DNA of 64,000 bases from Dehalococcoidia bacterium (GTDB lineage Bacteria; Chloroflexota; Dehalococcoidia; Lucifugimonadales; UBA3495), in NCBI GenBank assembly GCA_965220625.1, contig CBDCQN010000003.1, forward strand, positions 1,162,186 to 1,226,185, given 5' to 3'. Made by a program: the position numbers and the translations under genes. Below, in pieces: positions 17,865-27,052 of the stretch (position 1 is its first letter; each line of letters starts with the position of its first letter). The notes under the pieces were generated by a model. It did no database searches, was not told the DNA's origin, and was given only the letters and a program-made list of their open reading frames with translations.

Positions 17865-18656
17865 TTAGCGGCCCTGCCACTCCGGCGGGCGTTTTTCACT
17901 GAAGGCCCGGGGACCTTCCTTGAAGTCTTCGGTGCGGGTCAGGGTGGAGAACAGGATGTTCTCGTAACGAAGGGCGTCCTCCAAGGCTCGGCCAAGGCTG
18001 CGCAACATCGACTCCTTGGCTGAGCGGACACCCAGGGGCCCGTTGGCGATGATGGTTTCGGCGTAGCGTTCGGCAGTCGGCATCAGGTCGGCCGCTGCCA
18101 CCACATCCGTGACCAGACCGATACGCAGTGCTTCGCCGGCGTCGATCTGATCGCCGGTAAGCTGCATTTTGAGGGCGTTGCCCAACCCGACGATCAAGGG
18201 GAGTCTGACAGTGCCGCCGTCACAGTGGTGAAAGCCCCGCTTCACCTCGGAGCAGCCGAACCGGGCGTTTTCCGACGCTATTCGGATGTCGCAGGCCAAG
18301 GCCAGTTCCAGTCCGCCGGCCAAGGCGTAACCGTTGACGGCGGCGATTATCGGCTTCCAGATCTCCAGGCCTCGGGTGATCCCGCCGAAGCCGGGCCGGT
18401 GGGCGTCCTGTCTGAGGTCGTAGATGTCCCGTTTAGCGAGAACTGGGGTGTAGGTCTTGAGGTCGGCGCCAGCACAGAAGGCCCGTTCGCCCTCTCCGGT
18501 GACGATGGCGACCCAAGCATCCGGGTCGTCTCGAAAATCCTCCCAGACCGCCACCATTTCCGCCTGCTGCTCGGGCCCCAGTGCGTTCATGGCCTGAGGG
18601 CGGCAGATGGTGATGAAGGCAATCTGGCCCCGTTTCTCGTATTTGATGTCGGTCAT
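17865..18656 (-). CDS. Enoyl-CoA hydratase/isomerase (crotonase) family protein
   Basis: MTDIKYEKRGQIAFITICRPQAMNAL...FCAGADLK are crotonase motifs. I prefer the internal ATG at 18656. Confidence 0.8.
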   Translation of the reverse strand: MTDIKYEKRGQIAFITICRPQAMNALGPEQQAEMVAVWEDFRDDPDAWVAIVTGEGERAFCAGADLKTYTPVLAKRDIYDLRQDAHRPGFGGITRGLEIWKPIIAAVNGYALAGGLELALACDIRIASENARFGCSEVKRGFHHCDGGTVRLPLIVGLGNALKMQLTGDQIDAGEALRIGLVTDVVAAADLMPTAERYAETIIANGPLGVRSAKESMLRSLGRALEDALRYENILFSTLTRTEDFKEGPRAFSEKRPPEWQGR

Positions 18657-18860
18657 GGTGCGGGGGACTCTGAACGCCCCGGCCCTCCAGCCTCTCGGAT
18701 AGCCCAGTGGTGAGTTTAGGGTGAGTCTAGAAGGTGCTTCCCGGCGCGTCAACCGCAGTCGAATGGCGGCTGGTCGCAACGGTCGTTTTCGACCGCTGTA
18801 GTCCAAGTGACTTATTCCATTGCCGATGATTACCCCTGCCAGACGGAGGGGAGCACTTAT

Positions 18861-21800
18861 CTATCCCCAGTTCTTTGACTTGGGAAGGTCGTAGACCGTC
18901 TTGATTCCTTCGATCCGGGTGGCCACTACGTTCATCGAGCCGTCGCGACGGGACACGAAACCTTCGACCTTCAACACCGGCTCCTTGATGGCCAAGCGAA
19001 AACGCTTGAAGACTTGCGGCCACACCACCAGCGGAGTGTGCCCGAACTCGTCCTCCAGGGTGATGAAAACGGCGTTGGAGTTGGGGTGCTGCCGGCGTAT
19101 CACCAGCCCGGCAACGCTCACCTCCTTGCCGTCTTCCACCCCGGCCAACTGGTCGCTGGACAGTATGCCGGGGTCCATCAGCGGTCTGAGATGCGCCATG
19201 AAGTGTCCCTTGGGATGAAGCCCCATAACCCGGTATTCCGCCATCATGTTTTCCCACGGGGTCAGCGCCGGCAGGTCCGCCGAGTCCTGCTCCACCGGCA
19301 GAGGAAGAACCTGCTGGATGCCCACCGGACGGTAGCGCAGCCCCACCTCCCACACCGCCGCCCGGCGGTCGGGGGTGAAGGCGTCGAAGGCCCCGGCGGC
19401 CGCCAGGTTGTCCAGCATCTCCTGTTGCAGCCCGGTACGCTGCATCGCGTCGGCCAAGCTGTCGAAGGGCCCGCCCCGCTCCCGGGCCTCGACCACCGCC
19501 AAGGCCCCGGCCTGCCCGACGCCCTTCACATTGAGGAATCCCAACAACAGCGACTCGTCTTTGATCACGCATTTAATCCGGCTCTCGTTGATATTGGGGT
19601 TCAGGACATTCACGCCGTGCCGTCTGGCGTCCTCCTTCAGAGTCTCCAGGTTGTAGAAACCCATTGGCTGTTGGTTGAAGATGGCCACGAAGAACTCCAA
19701 CGGATAGTAATACTTGAGCCAGGCCATCTGGTAAGCCGTGATCCCAAAGGCGTAGGCATGGGACTCGGGGAACATGTACTGGCCGGAGAATTTTTTGAAT
19801 ACCTTCACGGCCGTGGCTTCGGGAACACCCCGGCCGGCGCAGCCATCTTTGAATCTTTCCCAGTACATCTCCAGCAGGGTCCGGTTATTCCGGCGGCCGA
19901 AGGCCCTCCGCAGATCGTCCGCCTCCTTGGGGCTGAAGCCGGCGACGTCCGTCGCAAGTTGGTTTACCTGGTCCTGGAAGAGAATGATCCCTTTGGTACG
20001 GGCCAGCGCCCGTTCTTCCAACGGATGGTCGAACTCCCAAGGAACGCCGTGAACGTACCTTTCGATAAACTGGGTGACCCCGTCATTCACCCCAACCCCC
20101 GGGCGAACGGCGGAGACTTCATACGCCATTTCCACCAGGTTGCCGGGCTTGATGCGGGTTACTGTCTGCATCTGGGCCGCCGACTCCACCTGGAAAATCC
20201 CCACGGTGTCGGCCCGGTGAATGGAGCCGTAAACGTTCCGGTCTTCGAAATCGATCCGGGACAGGTCGATGTAGCGGCCCGTGCGTTCCTCGATCAAGCC
20301 CAGGGTTTCCTGCATTTGGGAAAGAGCGCCCAAGGCCAGGAAGTCGATCTTGACGAACCCGGCGTCATGAATGCTGTCCTTGTCCCAGTGGCATATGTAG
20401 CGGCCGTCTATGGCGGCTTGCTGTACCGGCACCACGCTGGTGAGGGGTGAAGAGCCGATTATCATACCCCCAGGATGCTGGCCGAGGTACTTGGGGAATC
20501 CCTCCAATTGGGGAGCCAAGCTCACCAGGTCCCTCCACACCGGCAGGCCCACCTTGTGCCGGAAGTCAGGCAGGGACAACATCTCCTCCTCCAGACCTTC
20601 GGCGTGGCGAACGTCCATCCTCTTGGCCAGCTTGTCCACGTCTTCGGAGGGAAGACCCAAGGCCTTGCCCACGTCGCGAACGGCGCCCTGCATCTTGTAG
20701 GTGGCGATCATGCCGGTAAGCACCGCGCGGTCCCATCCCCACTTTTCGTGCACCCGTTTGATCAGCTCCTCCCGGATGTTCCGGGGGAAATCCAGATCTA
20801 TGTCCGGCACCGACCCCATCTCGTCGTTCAAGAAACGGTCAAGGGAGAGGTCGAACTGCAGGGGGTCGATGTGGGAGAGGCCAATCAGATAGCCCACCAG
20901 CAAAGCCACCGAAGAACCCCTTCCCCTACCTGGCGGCCTTTCCTCTATGGATATCTCCCGTTCGGTCAGACCCAGGGACACCATCACTTCATGGGCCAGT
21001 TGGATGATCTCGTAGTACACCAGGAAGAAGCCGGCAAGGTTGTGCTTTCGGATCAGCCGGAACTCCTCATCCAGCCGTTCCTGGACCCGGGGCGTTATGG
21101 CGCCGTACCGGCGTACCGCCGCCTCGCGGCACAGCTTTTCGAAATAGGTCTGGGGGTTGTAACCGTCGGGCACCGGATAGGACGGGAACTCGTAGCCGTG
21201 ATTGCGGGTCAGGTCGAAGTCGCAGCGCTCAGCAATGCGGGTCGAGTTGTACAGGGCCTCCGGGATGCCTTTGAACAGCGCCGCCATCTCTGACGCCGGC
21301 TTGAGATAGAAGTTGGTGTTGGGCCGGCGCTCCCGGTGGGTCTCCTCCAGGGTCTTGTTGTGGCGAATAGCCACCAGGGTGTCCTGCAGCCGGCGCCGTT
21401 CCGGGACATGGTAGTGGACGTTGTTGGTGGCAACCACAGCCACGTCCAACTCGCGGCCCAATTGGAGCAGGCGCTTGTTCCGCAGGGTGTCCCCGTAAGC
21501 CAGGTTCTGCTGCAACTCGATGAAGACGTTGGCAGCCCCGAACCACTCCAGGTAGTCTCTCAGACGGGCCTCCCCCTCCTGTTGCCGGCCTTCAGCCGCC
21601 AGGCCGGGGACCTGGCCCTTCCCGCAGCCGGTCAGCAAAATGAGGCCCTCGGCGTGTTCCGGCAGCCGCCCGGGGTCCAGCTTGGGATCGCGCCGGTCTC
21701 CTCCGATGCGAGAGTGAGTGACGAGTTGACACAGGTTGCCGTACCCCACCGCAGTTTCCACCAGCAGGGTAAGGTGGGAGCCGTCGACAAGAGTAACCTC

Positions 21801-22001
21801 GGCCCCGATGACGGGCTGAACACCCACGGATTTCGCCGCACGGGCAAACTCCATGGCCCCGCAGAGGTTGTCATGGTCGGTCAAGGCCAGCGCAGGATGC
21901 TCCAGGGCCTTGGCCTGGACCAGGAGTTCGCCGATGGAGGACGCGCCCTCCTGGAAGGAGTAATTGCTGTGGCAGTGGAGCTCGCTGTAGCTGATGCTCA
22001 T
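18861..22001 (-). CDS. dnaE2: Error-prone DNA polymerase, Pol III alpha family (DnaE2/ImuC type)
   Basis: 1046 aa. N-terminal PHP motif YSELHCHSNYSFQEGAS and the overall length are typical of DnaE2 rather than replicative DnaE1. Confidence 0.8.
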   Translation of the reverse strand: MSISYSELHCHSNYSFQEGASSIGELLVQAKALEHPALALTDHDNLCGAMEFARAAKSVGVQPVIGAEVTLVDGSHLTLLVETAVGYGNLCQLVTHSRIGGDRRDPKLDPGRLPEHAEGLILLTGCGKGQVPGLAAEGRQQEGEARLRDYLEWFGAANVFIELQQNLAYGDTLRNKRLLQLGRELDVAVVATNNVHYHVPERRRLQDTLVAIRHNKTLEETHRERRPNTNFYLKPASEMAALFKGIPEALYNSTRIAERCDFDLTRNHGYEFPSYPVPDGYNPQTYFEKLCREAAVRRYGAITPRVQERLDEEFRLIRKHNLAGFFLVYYEIIQLAHEVMVSLGLTEREISIEERPPGRGRGSSVALLVGYLIGLSHIDPLQFDLSLDRFLNDEMGSVPDIDLDFPRNIREELIKRVHEKWGWDRAVLTGMIATYKMQGAVRDVGKALGLPSEDVDKLAKRMDVRHAEGLEEEMLSLPDFRHKVGLPVWRDLVSLAPQLEGFPKYLGQHPGGMIIGSSPLTSVVPVQQAAIDGRYICHWDKDSIHDAGFVKIDFLALGALSQMQETLGLIEERTGRYIDLSRIDFEDRNVYGSIHRADTVGIFQVESAAQMQTVTRIKPGNLVEMAYEVSAVRPGVGVNDGVTQFIERYVHGVPWEFDHPLEERALARTKGIILFQDQVNQLATDVAGFSPKEADDLRRAFGRRNNRTLLEMYWERFKDGCAGRGVPEATAVKVFKKFSGQYMFPESHAYAFGITAYQMAWLKYYYPLEFFVAIFNQQPMGFYNLETLKEDARRHGVNVLNPNINESRIKCVIKDESLLLGFLNVKGVGQAGALAVVEARERGGPFDSLADAMQRTGLQQEMLDNLAAAGAFDAFTPDRRAAVWEVGLRYRPVGIQQVLPLPVEQDSADLPALTPWENMMAEYRVMGLHPKGHFMAHLRPLMDPGILSSDQLAGVEDGKEVSVAGLVIRRQHPNSNAVFITLEDEFGHTPLVVWPQVFKRFRLAIKEPVLKVEGFVSRRDGSMNVVATRIEGIKTVYDLPKSKNWG

Positions 22002-22145
22002 CGTCTGACCGGAGACTGCCTTCGACCTTTAGGAAACGTGGGCAGATGGTAATAAGCGCCATCCCGGTAGGCAAGGGGCTTATGTCACTGGCCGCAGGTA
22101 TTACCCGACGGAGACGCGAGGCCGGACTGGAGAGATGTCCCCGCG

Positions 22146-22826
22146 TTACTCCAGCGCCAAGTCCCTTTCCTCCAATTCATGCCAGTAGACGGCGCCGGAG
22201 GTTATCTGCCAGCTTATGGAATCGTTGTTTCTGACGCTGGCGATGGCGGCGCGGGCGGGCAGGCCAGTTAACTCCGTCAAGAAACTGGCGTTGCGGAGGG
22301 CCCGGTTAGTATCGCGGGAACCACCAGTGAATGAGACTTCGACCGCGATGTACTGGACGGTTTCGCCGTCCGTCGCTTCGATTACGAGGTCGGCGCGCCG
22401 GAAGCTCTTGAGTTCGTTGGTGAGGGCCGTCCCCTCCGCCGCCTTCAGCGCCATCCGGTATAGGTCTTCACGGGGTATGGTCCGTATGTACTCCAGTCCC
22501 ATGTCCATAGCGGTGGCCGCGGCTTCCCGGATGGCGACTTCCTGGGTAACGTAGCCCTTCAGCCAGCCGACGCTGTCATCTATTCCGTCCAAGCGTTTCC
22601 CTATACGCTCGTTTATCTCTTTTTGAACCGCGACGAACGATTTCATCTCGGCATTGAACTGTTTCTGCTCTGCGACGAACACAGACATCTGCTCGACGAA
22701 GGCGTCGAACTTGGCTGGCAACTGCAACAGTTCCTCACCGAGTATCTGGGCGCGGACCGCGGCTTTCCACTGGGGGTTTTCCGAGAGGGCCCGCAGGAAG
22801 TCATCCTGGCTGCCGATGGTGGTCAT
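22146..22826 (-). CDS. Hypothetical protein: N-terminal coiled coil plus C-terminal restriction-endonuclease-like (PD-(D/E)XK-like) region
   Basis: 226 aa. Heptad-like N-terminus (FVEQMSVFVAEQKQFNAEMKSFVAVQKEINERI). C-terminal RRADLVIEATDGETVQYIAVEVSFTG resembles a D...E-x-(K/S) nuclease core. The assignment is tentative. Confidence 0.5.
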   Translation of the reverse strand: MTTIGSQDDFLRALSENPQWKAAVRAQILGEELLQLPAKFDAFVEQMSVFVAEQKQFNAEMKSFVAVQKEINERIGKRLDGIDDSVGWLKGYVTQEVAIREAAATAMDMGLEYIRTIPREDLYRMALKAAEGTALTNELKSFRRADLVIEATDGETVQYIAVEVSFTGGSRDTNRALRNASFLTELTGLPARAAIASVRNNDSISWQITSGAVYWHELEERDLALE

Positions 22827-23187
22827 GGCTTTTCACTTGCCGGAAGTTACTTGTTAATTGTAACAGTACCGGTATTCAGTAGATTCTGACGTTCCGTCCA
22901 GATTTCCTCCGTCAGATTTTCGCGCCAGCAACTGGAAACCTTGGGTAACGCGCCGATTTTTTTAGTTTCCCTCTCATTTCCGCTCATTTCCGGTCATTTT
23001 CACCCCGGAGGCTGCGGCGGGGGGCGGGTGAGATTTTTGACGTCCGGCGTTATTTAGATTCAGAATCAGGATTGCGCTATTCCGGGAAGGCACCATGGTG
23101 ACGCATCGTTACCGGCGTTGGAAAGGGACAAGTGTCACAAGGCCCCGCGGAACTATTTCTGTGGGTGAACAGGAAGCGGACCAGGCT

Positions 23188-25752
23188 TTAGCGTAGCAGA
23201 ACGTGAAATTGCGCCGGGTCTTGACCGAACTCGGCAAGTAGTTGCCCACACAGACGAGCTATATCCTTCCCGGTATAGTTGGACTCTAGGTGCAGGCCAT
23301 TTGACAACCGCTTGTCGTTTTTGAACCTTTGTCCCTGGGGATGAAGCGGCGTTGAGTGAATCAGATACCTCTTGCTCATATTTCCCACTGTAACTGGACA
23401 TTTTGATCCGACGATGAGTCCTTCCCTTACCAACCAGTCAGCCGTTTCTGAAAGAAGAAAAGGCCAACTCTGAACGGATATTTCGATTCCCTTTGGGTCT
23501 CGAAAACGCAAAGGTTTAACGTGAGCGCCCGTGGTTGGCTCTATTCCTCCCCATTCGCCCATCTGAACAAATGTCAGCCACCGGTTATTGGCGACGATTT
23601 TCAAGCCGTTGGCTTCCATAGCCTGTATAACCTTGGCAGGGAATCCGGACTTGGGATTCTTCCGCCAACCTTTCCCCTTTGCCCAATGGTACATCCCCTT
23701 GATTTCGTCGGTGGCCTGGGATTCAACCATCGCGGACAGGCTCATATCAGCTACCGTGCCGTCCGGGTGCGTTACCTTGACACCGTACACGCTCCCGCCG
23801 GTGGCGATGAAGTCGACGCGGGCGCGTTCCCGTTTGCGTCCTTCTTTTTCTTGAGCCTTTTGAGCGGCCTTGGCTTCGCGTTCCGCTTTCTTATCTGCTG
23901 TGGCAGCACCGAAGTCTTCCGGAGTAGACACAACCGCTTCCTGAACGGGTTTTTGTGGAAGCAGCCCGGCTTCCCGCCCTTCCGCCTCCAGCAACTGCAA
24001 CACGCGCTCTCTAGCGTTGTCGTAGATTAGCTGTCCGTCCACAACCCTGGCTTCCAACTTAGCCAGTTCGTCTTTCCAGTCCTCAAGCTCCCGCTTGATG
24101 CCATCTTCCCATGCGTTGTATAGCCGGTGCTTTTCGGGACCACTTTGCGGACGTTCCTGCAGCGGCAGATTGGCAATGTCCTGCTCGAATGCCTTTTCAA
24201 GCTCGTTATCGTCAGCCAACTCCGATTCCCTGGCAGAAATAAGGGAACGCAACTCGCGTTTCCGTTCGTCGTTCGCGCCGGTGACGCGCCGCCGTTCCTC
24301 GTCCAACAGGTCCCGAAGGAAAGAGTCCCTGTCCGGCTCCAGTTCGACGACCATCTCTTCTTCCTCGGAGTTGTCCAGTTCGGCTAATTCTCTCAATTCA
24401 TCGGTGACAGGCAACTGCGCCTGGATATGGGCGTCATAGTGGCAAAGGTCGCAGACCAGTTCGTGGAGGTCGCCGCAGTGGTTTTCATAGCTCCAGCGTT
24501 CCCAAGCCCGCCACTTGCCGCAACGTGAACAGTCTTTGCCGAAAGGTGCGCCGCAATTAACGCAAACGTAGCTGGCGGCGGGGGAAACGCCATCGCATTT
24601 ATCGCACCGGACGACCGGCGCCTCACCACCGGGATCGGTCCCCCGAGGCAGCAGAGACCACTCTCGCTCTTCCTCCGGCAGGCCGTGGATTCCTGCATTG
24701 CCCGCAAGGTCGAGAATCAGGCAGTCCTGGTAGCCACCGTCGGACTTTGGACGCAGGCCGCGGCCCACCATCTGCAAGTACAACGCAAGGCTCATGGTGG
24801 GGCGGGTGATGACCACGCAGGAAGCGTCGGGAAGGTCGAACCCCTCGGTGGCGACGGCTACGTTGACCAGCACCCGAATGGTCCCGTTGGCGAACGATTC
24901 GATGGCCCTGGACCGTTCTTCCAATGGTGTGTCGCTAAGCATTACGGCGGCAGGGATTCCGGCATCGTTGAATATCGCCGTCAGGTTGTTGGCATGGTCC
25001 TTGGAGACGGCATAGACGATGGTCGGACGTCCGGCGGTGTGGAATTGCCAGAAGCGGAGCGCGCCCGCGGTCATGACGTCGGGGCGGTCCTCATTGGCCC
25101 GCTCGATTCCCGATTCGTTGTAGTCGCCTGTAGCGGCAATCGCGCCGCCGCGTATCATTTCTTCCGACGTCGGCACAAGCACATTGGCTTTACACAGCCA
25201 GCCATCAGCCCGCAGTTGGCGGACCTGGGGGCCACAGTAAAGTTGGTCGAACAGATGGTTGAACCCTTCGGTCCTTGACAGCCGCCAAGGAGTGGCGGTC
25301 ATGCCTAAAATCCGGCCCGGCCACTGTTTAATCGCCCGTTCCCAACCGTCGGCGGTTGCGTGATGAGCTTCGTCGATTACCAGCAGGTCGTCGCTATCAT
25401 AGATGTCCCAGATTTTCCCGTTATTAGCGCGTCTACCAACGGTCTGGGCCATCAGGATAACCACACCATTACGAAGGTATGGCGCCTCGTCACCTACACG
25501 CCAAGCCAGATTGTTGATTACCGACACACGAGCATCATTCAACATCCGGCGGGTCTGCTCGGACAGTTCAGCCCGGTGGGTCAGCCAGACGGCCTTGCGG
25601 CCATCCCGTAACCAGCGGGCCAGCAGCGCCCCGGCAATGTGTGTCTTGCCGCCGCCAGTGGGCAGTTGCAGCATCACCCGCGATTTCGGGGCCCTCAGAG
25701 CAGCTTCCATCTGTTCCAAAAGTTTCTGTTGATAGTCGCGGAGTTCTGTCAA
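23188..25752 (-). CDS. SF2 DEAH helicase, RadD-like, with multiple CxxC zinc ribbons and a long uncharacterised C-terminal extension
   Basis: LRDYQ, PTGGGKT (Walker A), VIDEAHH, GMTATP and VNVAVATEGFDLPD...QMVGRGLR motifs. CDKC/CVNC/CSRC/CDLC cluster. TTG start at 25752 is preceded by gaggga. Confidence 0.8.
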   Translation of the reverse strand: MTELRDYQQKLLEQMEAALRAPKSRVMLQLPTGGGKTHIAGALLARWLRDGRKAVWLTHRAELSEQTRRMLNDARVSVINNLAWRVGDEAPYLRNGVVILMAQTVGRRANNGKIWDIYDSDDLLVIDEAHHATADGWERAIKQWPGRILGMTATPWRLSRTEGFNHLFDQLYCGPQVRQLRADGWLCKANVLVPTSEEMIRGGAIAATGDYNESGIERANEDRPDVMTAGALRFWQFHTAGRPTIVYAVSKDHANNLTAIFNDAGIPAAVMLSDTPLEERSRAIESFANGTIRVLVNVAVATEGFDLPDASCVVITRPTMSLALYLQMVGRGLRPKSDGGYQDCLILDLAGNAGIHGLPEEEREWSLLPRGTDPGGEAPVVRCDKCDGVSPAASYVCVNCGAPFGKDCSRCGKWRAWERWSYENHCGDLHELVCDLCHYDAHIQAQLPVTDELRELAELDNSEEEEMVVELEPDRDSFLRDLLDEERRRVTGANDERKRELRSLISARESELADDNELEKAFEQDIANLPLQERPQSGPEKHRLYNAWEDGIKRELEDWKDELAKLEARVVDGQLIYDNARERVLQLLEAEGREAGLLPQKPVQEAVVSTPEDFGAATADKKAEREAKAAQKAQEKEGRKRERARVDFIATGGSVYGVKVTHPDGTVADMSLSAMVESQATDEIKGMYHWAKGKGWRKNPKSGFPAKVIQAMEANGLKIVANNRWLTFVQMGEWGGIEPTTGAHVKPLRFRDPKGIEISVQSWPFLLSETADWLVREGLIVGSKCPVTVGNMSKRYLIHSTPLHPQGQRFKNDKRLSNGLHLESNYTGKDIARLCGQLLAEFGQDPAQFHVLLR

Positions 25753-25869
25753 CGGTATCCCTCTGTCACAGACGATTCGGGGTTGCCGTATCGTCAGAAT
25801 CCAATGTTATCACGATAAAATAAAGAGGTGGCATCCGGACGTGGCATTTGCGTGTCACTGAGGCTTGCG

Positions 25870-25898
25870 TTGGAAAAGTCGGGCGGCAGGACTACAAT
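25870..25898 (+). promoter_or_regulatory. Candidate sigma70-type promoter (TTGGAA-N17-TACAAT) for the LLM gene at 25927
   Basis: Hexamers read directly at 25870-25875 and 25893-25898, 17-nt spacer, 28 nt upstream of the ATG. Confidence 0.4.
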
Positions 25899-25926
25899 GT
25901 ATTGTGCGACTGAATGGAGGCTAGCT

Positions 25927-26991
25927 ATGACTCAGACAAAGGCGTTGGAGACCTCGTTGGATTTCGGGATCTTCGACTGGATCGAGTGGGACAGCTCTCC
26001 GGCCCATGAAATCTACGAAAACCGGCTGCGAATGTTGGAATTCGCCGACCGGAACAACTTCTATTGCTATCACCTCGCGGAACACCACATGACACCCCTG
26101 AGCGTGTCGCCGTCGCCGGCTGTGTTCCTGGCGGCGGCGGCCCAACGCACCAGCCGCATCCGTCTGGGTCCGCTGGTATTCCTGCTGCCCTTTTACAACC
26201 CTATCAGACTCCTTCACGAAATCTGCATGCTCGACAACATCAGCAACGGCCGGCTGGACTTGGGAGTGGGAAGGGGCATCGTGCCCATGGAGGCCGAGAA
26301 GTTCGACGTCGACTTGGGGCAGAGCTGGGACATGTTCAACGAAGAGATGAACATCCTGCTCACCGGGTTCACCGACGGGACGATCAATCACAATGGAAAG
26401 CACTATAACTTCGAAGACGTGGAGCTATGGATCAAGCCGTACCAGAAGCCCTATCCGCCGCTATGGTACGCCAGCAACAATTTGGAAACGGTGCCGTGGA
26501 TGGCCCAACACAATTTCAACACCAGCCATGTGTTCGCCACCAACGAGGTCACCAAGGCCCATTTCGACCTCTACAAGCAGGTATGGTCGGAACAGCGGAA
26601 TGCCAACGGGATGAACTCCCACGTCGAAGTCCCCAAGCTGGGGCTCACCAGGCACGTTTACATCGCCGAGACCGACGAACAGGCGATGCGGGAATGCCGG
26701 GCCGCCTTCCAGGCCTGGTTCCACAACATCAATTTCCTCTGGAACAAAGCGGGCAGCGACTTCCTCAACTTCATCCGCGACTTCGACAGCCTGTTGGCCC
26801 AAGGAGTCTTCATCGCCGGGTCGCCGGCAACCGTCCGGGAGCAGGTGCAGCAGGCGGTGGATGAGACCGGGATCAACTATTTTTGCTCGATTTTCGCTTG
26901 GGGCGATCTCACCCCCCAACAAGTAAGCCAATCGATGGACTTGTTTGTTGGCGAGGTGAGGCCCCACATAACACCCTACTCCACTGCTTAA
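25927..26991 (+). CDS. LLM-class flavin-dependent oxidoreductase
   Basis: LDFGIFDWIEW...YHLAEHHMTPL luciferase-like motifs. The ATG at 25927 is preceded by ggagg. Confidence 0.8.
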   Translation: MTQTKALETSLDFGIFDWIEWDSSPAHEIYENRLRMLEFADRNNFYCYHLAEHHMTPLSVSPSPAVFLAAAAQRTSRIRLGPLVFLLPFYNPIRLLHEICMLDNISNGRLDLGVGRGIVPMEAEKFDVDLGQSWDMFNEEMNILLTGFTDGTINHNGKHYNFEDVELWIKPYQKPYPPLWYASNNLETVPWMAQHNFNTSHVFATNEVTKAHFDLYKQVWSEQRNANGMNSHVEVPKLGLTRHVYIAETDEQAMRECRAAFQAWFHNINFLWNKAGSDFLNFIRDFDSLLAQGVFIAGSPATVREQVQQAVDETGINYFCSIFAWGDLTPQQVSQSMDLFVGEVRPHITPYSTA

Positions 26992-27002
26992 ACGGGGTTC
27001 TC

Positions 27003-27024
27003 CCAAGGCTTTTTTCGGCCTTGG
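27003..27024. terminator. Hairpin between convergent genes (ccaaggc / gccttgg, T-rich loop)
   Basis: 7-bp perfect stem read from the sequence, with no clear U-tract. Confidence 0.35.
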
Positions 27025-27052
27025 CCCAGGCTAATAAAGCGGGTGCGGCGGT

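Noticed and set aside
22002-22145. LexA/SOS box upstream of dnaE2.
   Set aside because: No GAAC-N4-GTTC, CTGT-N8-ACAG or other clear palindrome is present in this interval, so nothing can be claimed.
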